A stretch of 64,000 nt of DNA from the NCBI GenBank assembly GCA_964035545.1, contig OZ037765.1, positions 25,729,504 to 25,793,503 on the forward strand, read 5' to 3'. Within the stretch, counting starts at the first letter, position 1, and each line of letters opens with the position of its first letter. The notes under the pieces were generated by a model. The model did no database searches and was not told where the DNA came from. It worked only from the letters and a program-made list of their open reading frames with translations. This document shows, one piece after another, positions 12,142 through 27,100 of the stretch. Source of the DNA: Bugula neritina (Eukaryota > Animalia > Bryozoa). Both the position numbers and the translations under genes were made by a program.

Positions 12142-15100
12142 ATGGCAAGATATACTTTGTGGAGTGTTATTGCATTGTGCTTGCTAAATTTTGCTCTTGG
12201 TGACATTTCTTGTCCGAGAAAATGCATATGTGGAAAAGCGAGTGTTGACTGTAGCTTTAAAGGTTTTACTACAGTGCCATCTGACATTGATCCAGATACG
12301 GAAACACTGTGAGTATACTTCTTGTTTATAGTTTTTGGTTAGATGGTTATTAGTCATAAGCTAGATTGATATAGCTCTCCAACCTAAAATATGATAGTAA
12401 GACTAATAGCATATATCACAAGCAAATGCATCACACAATTAATTACCGTTATAAATATTTTTGTTGATTTTTATTATATCTCATGTATTGTATGTCCCAT
12501 AGTTTAAAAGCCTAATTATAATTTAGTTTACAATTACTGTTCAGCCTTAGTGCTAATTAATAATAAAGTGTAGTTTGGGAGATATTTTTAAGCAGCTCCC
12601 ACTTCAACATGAACATGAGAAAGTTTCACAAGTCTAGATTTTAAATTCAAAGATGTCATAAATAATATATAATTCCTGTGAGTTAAAGAAGTTTATGGAC
12701 TTTGTTGCTCAAAGAAAGAAAGTAAGACTGATGGTTGTAAACTAATGCTTTCGTCAATACCCTTTGTTGTATCATTTAGTCATTCAATAACGATATTTTT
12801 AGTTTAAAGCTATAACGTTGATAGCTCCCTCCACTAGCTCTACAACTGTAGCTAGTCTAAAAATAAGCAGGTCTAAGTGTGTCCCACAGCTTTATAAAGC
12901 CATTAAAATACAAATGATCTTACACTTGATTTATACAGACGTTCAAACACTTTCATAATTTCCATAAATGACATTTCTGTACGTTCTACAGTAACTAGCT
13001 ATTTAATATGCTGTTGCATATTTTAGAGATTTACAAGGCAATAATATCACAATAGTGAGAAGAAATTATTTCACTGGTCTCTCCAAGTTGAAAAAACTGT
13101 AAGTATTAAAAACTTATTTTAGAGACATTTTCATATGTAGACATTTCTTAACTTTTTATCGAAAAAGTCGCATTTTCATAACTGTAAATTGAAATTCATT
13201 TGCAAATAGACTGCTGTCTATTGTAGTTTATAAATGAAGTATAATTACATGTTTCAGACAATTAGTGGATAACAACATTGAGGTGATAGAATCTGGTGCC
13301 TTCGATGACCTGATTAGCCTACAAAATCTGTAAGTATCTCTTTTCTTTCCTTCTTTGAACTGATCGGAAAATCTTTCTGCATTCCAATATAATATTGCTG
13401 CGAACCTGAATGGCTGTAAAGGAAACTAGTTGTAAACTAATAATAATAAAAGTGCCCTTGCCTCGCTGAAGTTATAATTGGCACCAGCACTTAAACCAAT
13501 TTCTCAAACTACATATACAGCTAGTCAAAGAGTAGCTGTTAAAACCTCACAGATATTTTTTGCTCTTCTGGAAATGCTATAGGTTACGTATCAGGCAATT
13601 TCCTAACAAAAATTAAATTCTTTCTATTGTTTAATACTCGTTTTAACTAATTTAAATATGAGGTAACTAAAACAGGTTTTTAATGTCCCTTATGCAAAAA
13701 CTAGGCAGTTTCTTTCGCTGTCTACTTTTTTGAATATAGAAATGTAACTTACTACACTATGCAGCGGTATAGCAAGTGACCCTTAAAACTTTCCCCAAGC
13801 TAATAGCAGATGCACTGATTTATTCAATCCCCTTTAGGCTAATATAAAAAACCTTGAACACTGTTAGTAATATATAGAAGCAACTTGTTCTATAGCTTAA
13901 TCTTCTGTGCTAGCATGCAAACAATTAATTATTGTTGCTAATATTTATTAAGACCCCTTCACAAAGTTACTCTTCTGAGATTCTGATAGCATTATAGTGA
14001 CATTTGGCAAGCCATCTATATTCTAATGAGGAGTATTAGAATGCACGTACAACTAGTAACACGCAGCTCATATGGTAGACAGCAGAGCTGCCTTCTTTAG
14101 TGATGTCAGAATTCTGTTTGACTTTATTTAAGATGCAACAATGAATCAATTCATGATTGTTTTCAAGGCAAAATTTTCCTATCTCAAAATTATTATTATT
14201 CTTGGTGAAGGAGCAACACTTGATATTGCAAAGTAAATACTGCCAGTTAAGTAATTATTTTAGAGATGCATATAGTAAATACCATCATTATTCATACTAT
14301 GTGTAAGCAGCAAGTGCAAAAGGATTGTTACGTGAATTTGGTTATATAAAGTTCATACAGCGTCTAAAAACTTGGCTTCTTAACTCTTTTAAGCAAAATC
14401 TAATGTAAACAGTTGGGATGTCTCCTCAATTAATTTTGGTCTCTATTCAATTCTACACACCTGTATGGCCACGAAACTATAATCTCAGCTGTCACCACAT
14501 TTTCTCCATTGGTTTAGAGAGATCATTGTATGCTCAATATTGATCCTAATCTTAGCCACATCCTCTGAGCAGCAGTGAATAAGGCTGTTTGCATAAAAGC
14601 TCAGCATTGATAGGAAGTTGCTGAATTGCTGACCAGAACATGTTGACAATCTTCAATAATACTTTTTAAGTGTTTATTTAAGCTTGTACGTGTATTTATA
14701 TGTGAGTAGAAGACACCTTCTGTCTTGTATTGTTATCAATGTTGACTTCTATTTTCTAGGAGATTAAATAGAAACAAACTTGGAGGGCTCACCGACTTTT
14801 TGTTTGCCAACACACCACAGCTGACAAGATTGTAAGTATTGCAGCAGCCCCCCCACCCCCTCTCCCCCTCTCCCTCCATCAGATTATACAGAAAAGACAG
14901 GCTAAAGTGTTGAATGGTGTAAATATGCAAATAGCTAGTGTATTGGGAAAAGTGCTGCATTTGCATTCATGGCTTGTGCACTAAAAGCTATTTTAATAAA
15001 TTGTACTTCGCAGCATTAAATAATCATTATCTAGGCTTTTAGTGACTGAAAGGAAATGCTAAACTGTATATAAACTCTTTATCCAAGTAGATCTAAATTA

Positions 15101-18100
15101 AATTTATGCATTTCAGCATTTCCAGTTGTGCATGAAGTGCTAAACTCTAAAGAATATAATATGTTGTGTAACGTGGTACATGATTTATCAGGCTATAGCA
15201 TATTCATATGTCATCAGTAATATTGTGTGCAGTGTGCATAACTCAGGCTGATAAAATGCAATCAAAAAGACTGTAAAACAGTTCAGCAGGTAAAAACTCA
15301 ACTAACACATACAGCAATGCTTGAGAGATGGCTGAATGTCAGAAAAATTTAGAATAATCATCATACCTTAAACACTAGCATCTGCTACACCTAGGCAAAT
15401 ATTGGATAGCAGTAGTAGATCTATACTAAGTGTAAAATCTACAGCGAATGTGAAATGTCAAATCTGTTACATTGGCAGGTGCATGCATTGTTATGTTATG
15501 TGCAATGCAAGTTGCTATATTTAAACAATGCTGACTAAAGGAGGCCTAAACAGCTATTTTGTGTGTCTAAGGTTTTACACATATTAGACAAATAAAGGCT
15601 TAACACTTAAGCACAAGAGCAAGCTAGATATGTGAGCTCCATACTGTGACTTCTGTGAATAAGATGCCATTGTCTCTTTTGTTCCCAATTCTTGAAACTG
15701 TTTATTAATAAACTAACTTAGAAACATTCTGCAAAGATGCCAGTCTCTATTGTGCGATCTAAAAAGAAATAAGCCTTCAAGTAAATCATCTTTCAGAAAA
15801 GCAATTATTGGTTGTGAGCCAGCTTGGTTATGAATGAAATTCAGGATGACACTTTTATGTCAATTTTTCTTTAGTTTATTAATTTTTTTATTGCCTTTCT
15901 GTAGAAATCTATAACATAAAAATACTTTATAGATTATGTGAAATTTTGAATAAAGTTATTGACAGAATTTTAGTCATTTTATAAACGGAACCTACTCATG
16001 AGATATAGCTGAAACTTAAATTGACTTTTGTTTATTTTGTTGTGCAGAGATGTGAGTAGCAACAGAGTGCATTCTCTCCGGGCCTTCACATTGCAGGGAC
16101 TGAGCAAGTTAGCTGAACTGTAAGTTTGAGTTATGAGTTAGTAGCTCAAAGCAATTATATACATAATACATTATACCTGCTTTAAACTGCAACTTATCTA
16201 CAGACATTCTTGTGCACTCTATTTGCTTTATTACTACACTTCTGCATGTCGTGTTAGCCATGATTTATGAAGAATATTACACAATTTAACTACTTTTTCA
16301 CAAAACAGAGGCCAGCTGATAGGACATTTAAGAAACCGATTAGCTAGGATTTAGAGTCTTATACTTTATCACTGTAAATAGTAAAAAATCGTTAGCAGTG
16401 AAAATGCACACCATTGTTTAGCTCTCAAAAATAGAATATGCATTAAACACAGTTTATACTGATATCATAGCCTATATTGATTGTTATTTGCAGACAACTA
16501 GAAGCATTATTTTACAGTAAATTACTTATAATGAGAATGGAAAAACAATAACTGGACCAATTAATTAGTCCCCATTTATTATTATTGCTTCATTTGAATG
16601 CCAACTTCACTAACAATTAAAGTATCTGGATACAATAACATTATAGCATATTTGTTATAATTATACTAATGTGTTAAGAAAATATTTTATATTTTATTTG
16701 TACAAGAGGTAATGCTATATAACTACATTATAAACAAGAAGATAAAAGCTAACAATAGGATGTGAAAAGGATTAATTAATTTCCATAAATGCCTACGCAA
16801 TATTAGCCAGGTGTGGATAGGTAGGCTGAGTAGTAACTATGTGGCTCTAAAGTCAACTGCTTGAGGTCTGTTTGAAGTAGAAAGTGTTTCTATTTCTCAT
16901 TTAAAATGTATTTTAGCAACTTGGACCACAACCATCTTTCTTGTGTAGAGACTGGGGTGTTGGGAGATGCCCCAAAGTTAGAAATAATTTCTTTGAATGG
17001 AAACAACTTAACCACAATGCCAGCTGATATGTTTGATAGCATTCGCAATTTAAGGATCTTAAGACTATCGGATAATTTCTTGAATTGTGATTGCAACTTG
17101 GCCTGGCTTGCTAAATATCTGAAGGTATTTTGTCAAACTATACATTGCTCAAATCAGCAAATTTTTGACTAGCACTTTGCAACTTTGTGCTAGAGTCTTA
17201 AAGTATGAGCAATATTTCATACATTTATGGTTCATATAGTTGTCTTATTAGCTATATCATAAAATATATTTATTGTTGGATCAAAAGGCAATGGCCATTT
17301 GAATAATGTTATATTACCCATATCACGTCAACTGTCTTGCTATGTGCTAGAGTTGCAAGTTGAAATGTTCCAGTTATTTGAAACCTCTCTGTTTTGCTAT
17401 ACAGGTATGCTCTAAATCGACTGTATGTAAATTTGACCAGCTCAATAGCTGATTGGAGGTGATTTGGTCAATAAAAGATTTCAACTTGTAAACTGCCAGT
17501 TTATATATTTGCTAGAAAACATATTGATGCAAATTTTCATAATTTACTTTAGAGGCTGGACAAATGACAAGTGAATATTTTATTACATTTTAGTTAAACA
17601 AGAGACTGGCAAGGTTTACCAAATGCTACAGTCCCTCAAACTTGCATGAGAAAGTTATGATAAATCTAGAGCAGAACCAGTTCAGATGCCCAGGTGAAAT
17701 ACTCTCTTACATATTATTATTCAGTGTTGCAGGTCTTTCCATGCTCATTGGTCATTGCTATGACAACTTGAAGTTTTTGCTTGTTGATAAAAAATATTTA
17801 AAATAGTCCAGGCTTAGGTATAGTATAATTCACTCATAAATTATCACCTCACGAGATGCTTCACAAATCTGTTAAAAGTGAAGAAGATAGATTTTGTGCA
17901 TTGACTAGTTCAGAATTAATAGCTACTGCGGGTGATATTCACACTTTATCAAGTAACCGTCATGATGTTTAATAATATATGTAAGTATTTGACAAGAGAA
18001 ATAATGCTCATCCCGTTCTATTGAAACTTCATATTATGACTGACAAATACAATGCGATAATTGAGCTAATGCCCTCCGATATACCTGGTTATTTGGATGA

Positions 18101-21100
18101 TTATATATTATAAAGTTAGACTACTACTGCAGACTAATGGGCTAGTAGTCACTAGTCATTAGATGTTCAAAGAACACATGCACAACTAATGATTTCTCTA
18201 AACCCAGATATCTTTAATGTAAGAATTTTTGCTCAGTGCAAGATGTACTACAGCAAGTTAATTCAAATAGCTTTTCAGCGAAAAGTTCAAACCAAACTAC
18301 ATTACAATGAAGTCATAACAAAGATTTCATTTTATCATTTTTATTTGAAGTTTCTTAATACAAAATGTTTTTACTCAGCAAAAAATGTATTTTACCAATA
18401 TGATTTATAGAACGTAATAATATAAAGCTTTATATTGTTTCAATTGCAATTTAATTGAATTTGAATATATGATGTGACATGTTGTACATGTGAAAAGCTT
18501 CTCTTCTTTATTGGCAACTGAATTGTTATATTTATTGCACATAAAATAAGTTGGCCACCTCACAGGGGGCAGGTGTTGTGAACTTTTTGCTCTTCAAGTT
18601 GAAAGTGCCTAGTAATTGATACAGAGGAAATATCATGTAATAGTTGACAACACAGTTGTAAAGTAAACCAAAATGCATGACAATATAAACCATAAAAGGA
18701 TAATACACTTATTCCATACACCTATTTAGAAACTTACAATAATGGTGTAATTATAAAACGTTGCATGATGTTCTAAGCTCAAGATGCAAAATGAAATTGA
18801 TGAATGACCACACAGTATTCAAAAGCCTAATGTACAGTGAATTAGCCAACAGATTTTGATATTGCAGAGATATAAATAGGTCATGCTAAAATCTCTTCCA
18901 AATCTTTGCTATACTGTGCATTGTCAAATTTATGATTTGCTACAAATTTCAATAAAATTAATATAATAACTATTATAAAGACATTCTGAATACATTACAG
19001 AATAAATTGCTAAAAATAGTATGCTATATATCATAATAATTGTCCGAGCTTTATCCTGATCAATGATTAATGAGATAGAGAGAATTGTTTTACCTAATCT
19101 ATGTTATCATTCTTTCTCTGCCTGTATTCTTAGTTTTTCGCTTCAACTCATTTAAAACATTCTACTTATACAAGCTGCATAGCATTAGCTGTACTATATG
19201 TAATGTATACATAATTTACGCATGCATGCGGTTCAATGGTTTATGTATTTGCAATACCTAGATGGGGAGTTACGCACAGAACCAGTGAAGTGCCAACTAG
19301 CAGCCCAGACATCTGTGTGCCCTGTTAAATGCGACTGCTCAACACCAGGAGTGGTTAACTGTAGAAATGCCGGACTTGTGTCTATCCCTGAGCAAATTCC
19401 TTCTACTGCTAAAGAATTGTAAGTTCAAAATTGCTCAATAAAAATCTCTGAAAAGTATGAAAAGAGGACTACCGTAGATTGTTTTTTTAATAACCTCTCA
19501 GCTGTTGTGATAAGTGTTGATGTAGGCTGGGAGGAATAAATATGAATGACTATGGGTTTTATACTAGAGGTCATGGACAAAGTGTATTAGAATCTGAGTG
19601 ATCGCTCTTGACATCTAAACATAACATTATGATAAGTGAAGTTATGCTATATTCAGTATTATTTATTAAACTCATTTCATAACATGCTATAAAGTTCTGC
19701 AAACAAAAAGCCAGCATACGCTATAAAAATAGTATCCCTTCATTGGATTAAAATGCAACAAAATAAAACAACTACTTATACTATGTTGTAGGCGGTTGGA
19801 TCAAAACTATTTGACTTCTATACCAGATGAGATTTTTGCCAAGTTGACCAGTTTGGAGACACTGTAAGTCATTGTTTCACTGTGTACCAATTATCACGTA
19901 TTCACTATACATTCTTATCAAAATTCATGACTAAGCATCGCAGCTTGTAAAGACAAATTGCTTCATGGCATGGACAGTCTTGTGTTATTAAATAAATTAT
20001 CAAGTGCTGCAAATGTTTGTGGCAGGACATTATAGACTACTAAAGAGTGGCACCAGCCACTTCCCCATATATTTACAAACAATGTTGTTACAGGTGACCA
20101 TATTTTACTACAATATTATCAAAAGCATCAGGTTTTCCTACTTGAACTAGCCCGACATCAATAAAATATAGCAACAGATTAAAACTACATATTTACCATG
20201 ATGTTTAAAATATAGAAGTTTACATCCAGTTGAACAAAGTATTTCAACTCTTATTAGATTAGTGTAGGACAAATTTGTTTAAGAGAAGCTAGTCGAGTTT
20301 GAATTAATAAGTAAACAAAGGAAACAATGCAGGTGTAGACAGGAATGAAACATGTAGGCAGTGTAAAAACATTGATACTTTTATCAAATGCCACCTATGA
20401 ACAATCATTACATTGAATCAAGACCGTAGTCGCCTTGATGCCATGCTTCAATTACGCAATGTTTCCACCTGCTGCCTCTTAAAACACACATTTAGAACTT
20501 ATTGTAGAATATGTAAATATTTTTTAAAGTAGTTGTGCATTGCGTAATGCACGTACATTCCTTTGCTTAACAACCTCAACTGGTGTCACTGCTGGGGCAT
20601 AGCCCAAAGTATACTATACTGATCATTTTATAGTAATAGTCTTGACTGATAGGTCAATGTTAATTGAAGAAAATCAATAAGATAAAAAGCTAGCACAGAT
20701 TCTTTCACTTGGTACACGACGTGCAGGAATATTATAAATACGTGGTACCAAACAAGCTCTTAAAGAACACGGCTGATCCTCCAGTCATACTGTAGCCTAA
20801 CCTCCAAAACTTGTGACACTTTGCTTTCTGTTCATACTTGTGGAACTGCTAGTTTACAAGGCTGGCGGGCAGCTCCGCTATTGCAATAAGATTTTATGCT
20901 ACAAGTAGAAAAATTTATCCTATCTAAATAAATTTGTGCATGATTTTGTTTGCTAGTCTGGCACATTTGATAGCAAGCATGGCCATGTTTGATGATGCAA
21001 CTCCCTGATCTATTGTATGAATAAGTGTCAAAGTTGTTTGCAAAGTATTTTGGGGATAGTCAAGCGCAGCTGTTGCTGCAACTACTAGATCTTTAGTTTA

Positions 21101-24100
21101 CCATTTTATTTTCTTCCAAAGCAGTAAATTATTCAAAGCACACAGAATGTCACATAAGACAGTATTCCAATTGCGACTCTTTGTTGGACGTTCTTTTACT
21201 AACGTTTCTATGAAAGAACTAATTTTATTTTAATACATACATATGAAACTTGTTTTAGTTTATTTCTATGTGAGCGGTCAAATTAGCAGAACAAAAAACT
21301 CAATCAGTGTTTCTATAACAAAAATTTTGTTATGGTGAGCTGTTACTTTAGCCGAAAGCTATGTTGGAATACTATTTCAATTTTTACATCCACGTAGAGT
21401 ATCAACAAGCTCTACTAAATCTGTGCTCTATCTCTAATATGTTGCAGTGATCTAAGTAACAACAGAATATCGGATGTCAAGGCTGGTGCATTTAATGGAC
21501 TGGCTAGCTTACGGAAGCTGTAAGTTTTTGTATTATGTTTGCTTGTGGTGCATACTCCAACAAAGTAATGTTGGAGAGCAGAGCTAGTACAACTATACAC
21601 CATGCTAAGAGCATTATCGGCTTTATCTTGAAATTGCTGGTGCTAGGTTTCCTGTCTATATACAATGTTATGCTTATGATATGTTATGATATATGCAGTG
21701 AGGTGTAAATTAAAAACTTCTAGTATAGCACGATTTTACTAGATGAAACAACTTCTCCACCTCAAAGCGAGTCTCTGGGGTAAAGTTATCACTGTTAGAT
21801 TGTAGGATATCACACTGGTGCATGCACTAACCATGACTCTAAAAATGCTTTTAATTTGAAAATTATACGATGATTAGAACTAGATAAACTTAGATAAAAT
21901 TTACTCAATTCTATTGTTCGGTGTGTCACAAATTACTTTTGGGACTACTTGTAACTGATAATTAAGCATTGGGTAATGCTATTTACATATCACACATTAA
22001 ACATTCATTTATTACATTTGAAAGTAACCTTTCAAGGTTTGTTATTATGTGAATAATGTTTTTGTAGAATTTTGTACGAAAATGAGATATCGGAGCTTCC
22101 AGAAGGATTGTTCTCAGGTTTATCCTCCCTGCAAATGTTGTAAGTATATGCAAGTCTACCATTGCTCCTAGTAATTATTTTTTATATTTGTTGGCCAATC
22201 AGATCTTCGAGAAAATTTATACTACATATCATTTAGGTAAGAGTTTTAAAGTATCTCCAAGCAAAAGTACTTTTTGCCAAATAAGATGTGCAAATTAGTT
22301 TGTGTTAAGTATCCTGATTCCCACAAATAATGCATTTCTGTCGATTATACAAAAGCTTTTTTTAATTACTTTTTCCCAGCCTTTACTGAAGGTTTTTTGC
22401 AGAAGCAGTAAAATTGAGAAATTGTATTAATTTGCAATCATTATGCTTGGAATAAACTATGGGTAGCTTCAAAAACTCAAATGGGTAAAAAGTACATTTT
22501 TACTTTGTATACTCTTTTATTTACAACATTTTTCTGGAAAGCATTCAGAATATGCATCTCAATAATTAGAAAGGTGTGATCCATGGGAAACAGGATGCTT
22601 GCATGCCGCATTTACAGGCTGCATCTGTAGGGCATTGATAAGCACACGATCAGAAATATTTTTGAGTTCAAAGGATTGTATAGTGATCTATAGATGCTCT
22701 GTATCTATAACAGATCTCAGTTATGACTGTAATAGGCTGCCGCTGATGAGCTCACCGCTTCTGCTCCACATCTGTGACTCACTGTTTCAGTAACAAATTT
22801 TAACAAATTGTTTTCTCTTTTATTTTATAAGTGCAGCAAATGTTTCCTTTTACAGGTGTAATTACAAAAATAATCAGTTTACTGAACATACCATATTTTG
22901 CTCATTAATTATTCATGTGTTTCGAGTGTATTTCCCACGTTAACTACAAAACTGCAAAGTTCTGCTATTTGAATCTTGATTGTGCTAATAATGTGTAATG
23001 CTTTTTCACAAACACAATAACCTTCAGTGATTTAACTAGATGATTTTGTATTGTAGACTACTGAATGCGAATGAAATATCTTGTCTCAGGGCAGACAGCT
23101 TTGAAGGCCTTTCTCAACTGCACCTATTGTAAGTCATGCAACCATTGTTTGTTTATGTTTAAAATTCTGTATAGTGGCTAACATATAATGCAATGTAGCT
23201 AATAGCCACCAATGTTAATGCTGAGAGAACATGAGTCATTCTTGGCTGGTTTTAGTCTTCCTTTGGTTCAATGAGTTGCATGTAAACATTTACAATAGAA
23301 ATTAACCAATTCCTTCACAGCAAATTAGGACAATAATTATTTTGTGTACAAAATTGTGTAACCTAATAAAGCAATGACAAACCCAAAGGGCCTAAACATT
23401 CAATTGAGCTTCCGATGCCTAATTTTGATAGCTATCAGCACCTCTTGGCCTCCCTATGTAGGGCTTGTACATTGTTGGTGCTCTTCACCTAGGGGTAGTA
23501 GGTCATTCCTTTGTACTATGGTCAATATAATTCAGCTCTCCAGTGCCTCGTTGCTGCCAATCCAAGTCACAAACCGCTGATGAACCTACTGTTTGTTTAT
23601 TTGCAGGTCACTGTTTGACAATAAGATCAAGACTATTATAAATGGAACTTTTCAACCCTTGACTAAACTCCAAACCTTGTAAGTTCTCCAACACTTAGTA
23701 AAAACAACTTGAATGTCAAGTAGCAGCACTTGGCTGTTTTTGTATTCAGACTTGAGTCTCGCACATCGTGTTAGTAATAAGCTGATAACAAACATGAATT
23801 TCTTTTCTTTTCCGAGTGCATTCGGAAGCCAGAATAATTCTCTTCTTGAGATAGAATAAACTTTAGAACTTGTGTTAATGAAAACACCTATTTGCTAATT
23901 GTTATATGCAAGGCACTATAAATGCTTGCACTATAAATGGTATAAAGTATGTTGCATTTAGTTATACATGTTACTATATGCATCCTTTTGCTCTACAATA
24001 ACACATGAATGTGTTTGTATTACAGGCATTTAGCAAGCAACCCTTTCCAGTGTGATTGTCACCTGATATGGATTGCTGATTATCTAGCAAAGCATCCTGT

Positions 24101-27100
24101 AGAGACGAGTGGGGCAAGGTGCGTCACCCCAACCTCGTTGAAGAGAAGAGAGTTAGTGAGTCTGAAGTCAGAAAGTGGCACGTGTTGGGGTGTTGGTTCA
24201 CCTGCTGCCGATGCATTGCTTGCTGCCTGTGAGCTCAACACCATATGCCCTTCGATGTGTGTCTGTCAGGGTATGTATATACCTTTGATTAACTAATATG
24301 TGCAATTAACTCTTTCTGGATATGTATTGTAATATGTGCAACATTCCAAGTGATTATTGTATAAGTTACTGAATAAGAGAATTCAGAATATGCAACTAAC
24401 ACATGCCAAGTAACGGAGCATTTGATCTCCTGTTTAGTAAAACTATTGTTGTGGTGACAGCCTGACAAGTGACAATTCTAGCAGTTTCCTATATATTAAT
24501 GACTATAACACAGAATTTTGATGAAACCCATGAATATTACACATATAAACATTAAACAAAACTTATGTTTAATAACTATACACAAGTTTGTTGATGCACA
24601 CGTAGGCACCGTAGTAGACTGCTCATCTCTGAGTCTCACACAGATACCAACCGACTTACCACTGCTTACTACTGCGCTCAACCTCAGCAACAATCTACTC
24701 ACTGAAATCCCTCACCAGGCCTTCAACCATCTTTCCCATTTACAAAAGCTAGACCTGTCTCACAACAAAATAGTCAAGATTGAAGCTAATGCTTTCTATG
24801 AGAATGGAAAACTTCAAGAACTGTAAGCTAACACTTTAATTTGCAACTCAGGTGCCTAGGCCTATTAATTTAGCCAATTAGTTTAACAAATACAGTACTT
24901 GATTTAAAATCTTTAATTTAAGTCAAAAGAAATGCACTTCATAGGCCTAACTATTAATTTTTGGGCCTGTTTTGAAGTTTTCACAATTTATCATACTGGT
25001 GTAACACAATGAAGCACATTTCTTGATTTAACAATATCGGGCCATCAACTTATAATTTCAATATCCTGTTGAACCGTTAAACTATTTATTACAGATGATT
25101 GCAAAGAGACAGCTTTAGCTTCATATTAATTATAATATACAGTTTAATATAACAACAATTGTTCTTGCAGTCAGCTTTCAAATAATTTATTGGAAAAGAT
25201 AAAGGCACAGACATTCAATGGATTGAAGGGCTTAAGGACACTGTAAGATATTAATTTCATTTACACATAAATTAACTGCATGTATACATTCTGCATTTAC
25301 TACTTTATTTGAAATACTATCTTCTCACCTTTTTCAATGATGGGTTTTTGAATTATGCGACACGAGGTTAGTTTTGGTTAGTGAAAGCTTTGAAACTCTT
25401 TTACAATTTTTACCACAAAAAGAAGATTAATTTTGTATCAACAGCAATTAGCAATGCATTGGCTTGACCCTCTATGTAAATATGTTTGAATAGAAAATAC
25501 ATTTGCAAAGTCTTTGATTAATAACTATTTATTGTTATCGTTTACTTTTTAGAATGTTGAGAGACAATCAACTTAGATGTGTTGACAATTCTACATTTAC
25601 TAACATGCCTGATTTGAGGCTGTTGTAAGTATCCAATTGTGAATATTTATATTAGAATAGTCCAAACATGTCATAATACTCCTCAGTAGCTTCTTATGCT
25701 GTAAAGAAATGGTAAAAATCTCAACAGGTCATACAAATTTAAAGCTTGAATTTACCTATGTTCAAATTTTAGTAGTTTTACTATGCTGTGAATTACAATA
25801 ACTTGCAGGAAAATTATTGATAGATTGTTTATTCGTACATATGATACATGCTATCATCAAAGGTACACAAATAATATGACAAACTGAATATTACATACTT
25901 CTTTGTTACAATGTTTAAATGCTTGGTCACATCTAGATAAAACTATTTACTTTCGTCAAACTTATTGACCTTTCATATTTTTATTATCTTTGCTTTACAG
26001 ATAATTACTCTTTTGCTTCGCCAAACTAGTTTTGAATCATTCATGTAGTCAGTTATTACTGTCTCAGTACTAAGTACATAATGCAGTGATGACTCCAGCT
26101 TTTGATATTATCAAGTGCTAAAATAATTTCAAAGTTTAATAAATTCTTAGGTATACAAGCTTCATCTAAACTACCACCAGTCCTTGTGTACTATGTGGCA
26201 GTGCTAGGAATGGAGAATTAGTGTACCTTTTGTATCAGTGTTTTGGTATTTGTTTTTGGTATCTTCAGTATTGGTTTTGGTTTCATGACAGTTGGCGTCA
26301 GATTGGTTATTTTTTTACACACATTAAATTATTAGATTTGAGTACTATATATGACACATAGTCTTGAAGCTTCTTCAGGTGTTGAGTCAATATATTTAAT
26401 CATGAGTCGTGTTGAGTACCTAAAACAACAAGATTATTGAAAACGCAGCACTGAAAAATTAGTGAGAACAAAATCAAGATGTTAAAAGTTTGGCAGCCAC
26501 CTTATTTGGGCACCTTTGATATTTCTAGCATGATTTCAGCATTAATCTGTGGTTTCCTTCTGTTAATACACTAATTTTGGTAGAAGGGGGACAGTTTAGA
26601 ATTGTTTAGAGCTTGGGTCCGGAACAGAACCTTTTATGACATGTGTTGGTAACAGAATGTTACAATCATAACCTGCAGCTTTATGTACCTACCACTACAG
26701 TACCGACTATATGTATATGTAGCATATGCTTATTTTCTAGGAGTTTGTACAACAACAAAATCACCTGCCTTCAGCCAAGTGCCTTCAGTAACTTACAGCT
26801 TCTTACTACACTGTAAGTAATTTAGACAGACGTGTGCACTTACAGGGTTGACATGTACTAAATAAAACTTCTAGCTTACTTTTTCCAAAGTGTCTTTTAT
26901 GGTAAAGTATCCACAAGTAAGTAGAATGATCTGAGCTTGTAGTGGTTCGAAAATAGCCTTGATAATCTGCCACATACATTAAATGTGGTCGTATAGTTAT
27001 AGAAAATCATGGGTAGATTTCAATTAATTTAAAATGGTATTTATCAGTCTTATTTTAATAAAACCTATAAATTAACGTAATTTTCATGCATTTTATGGGT

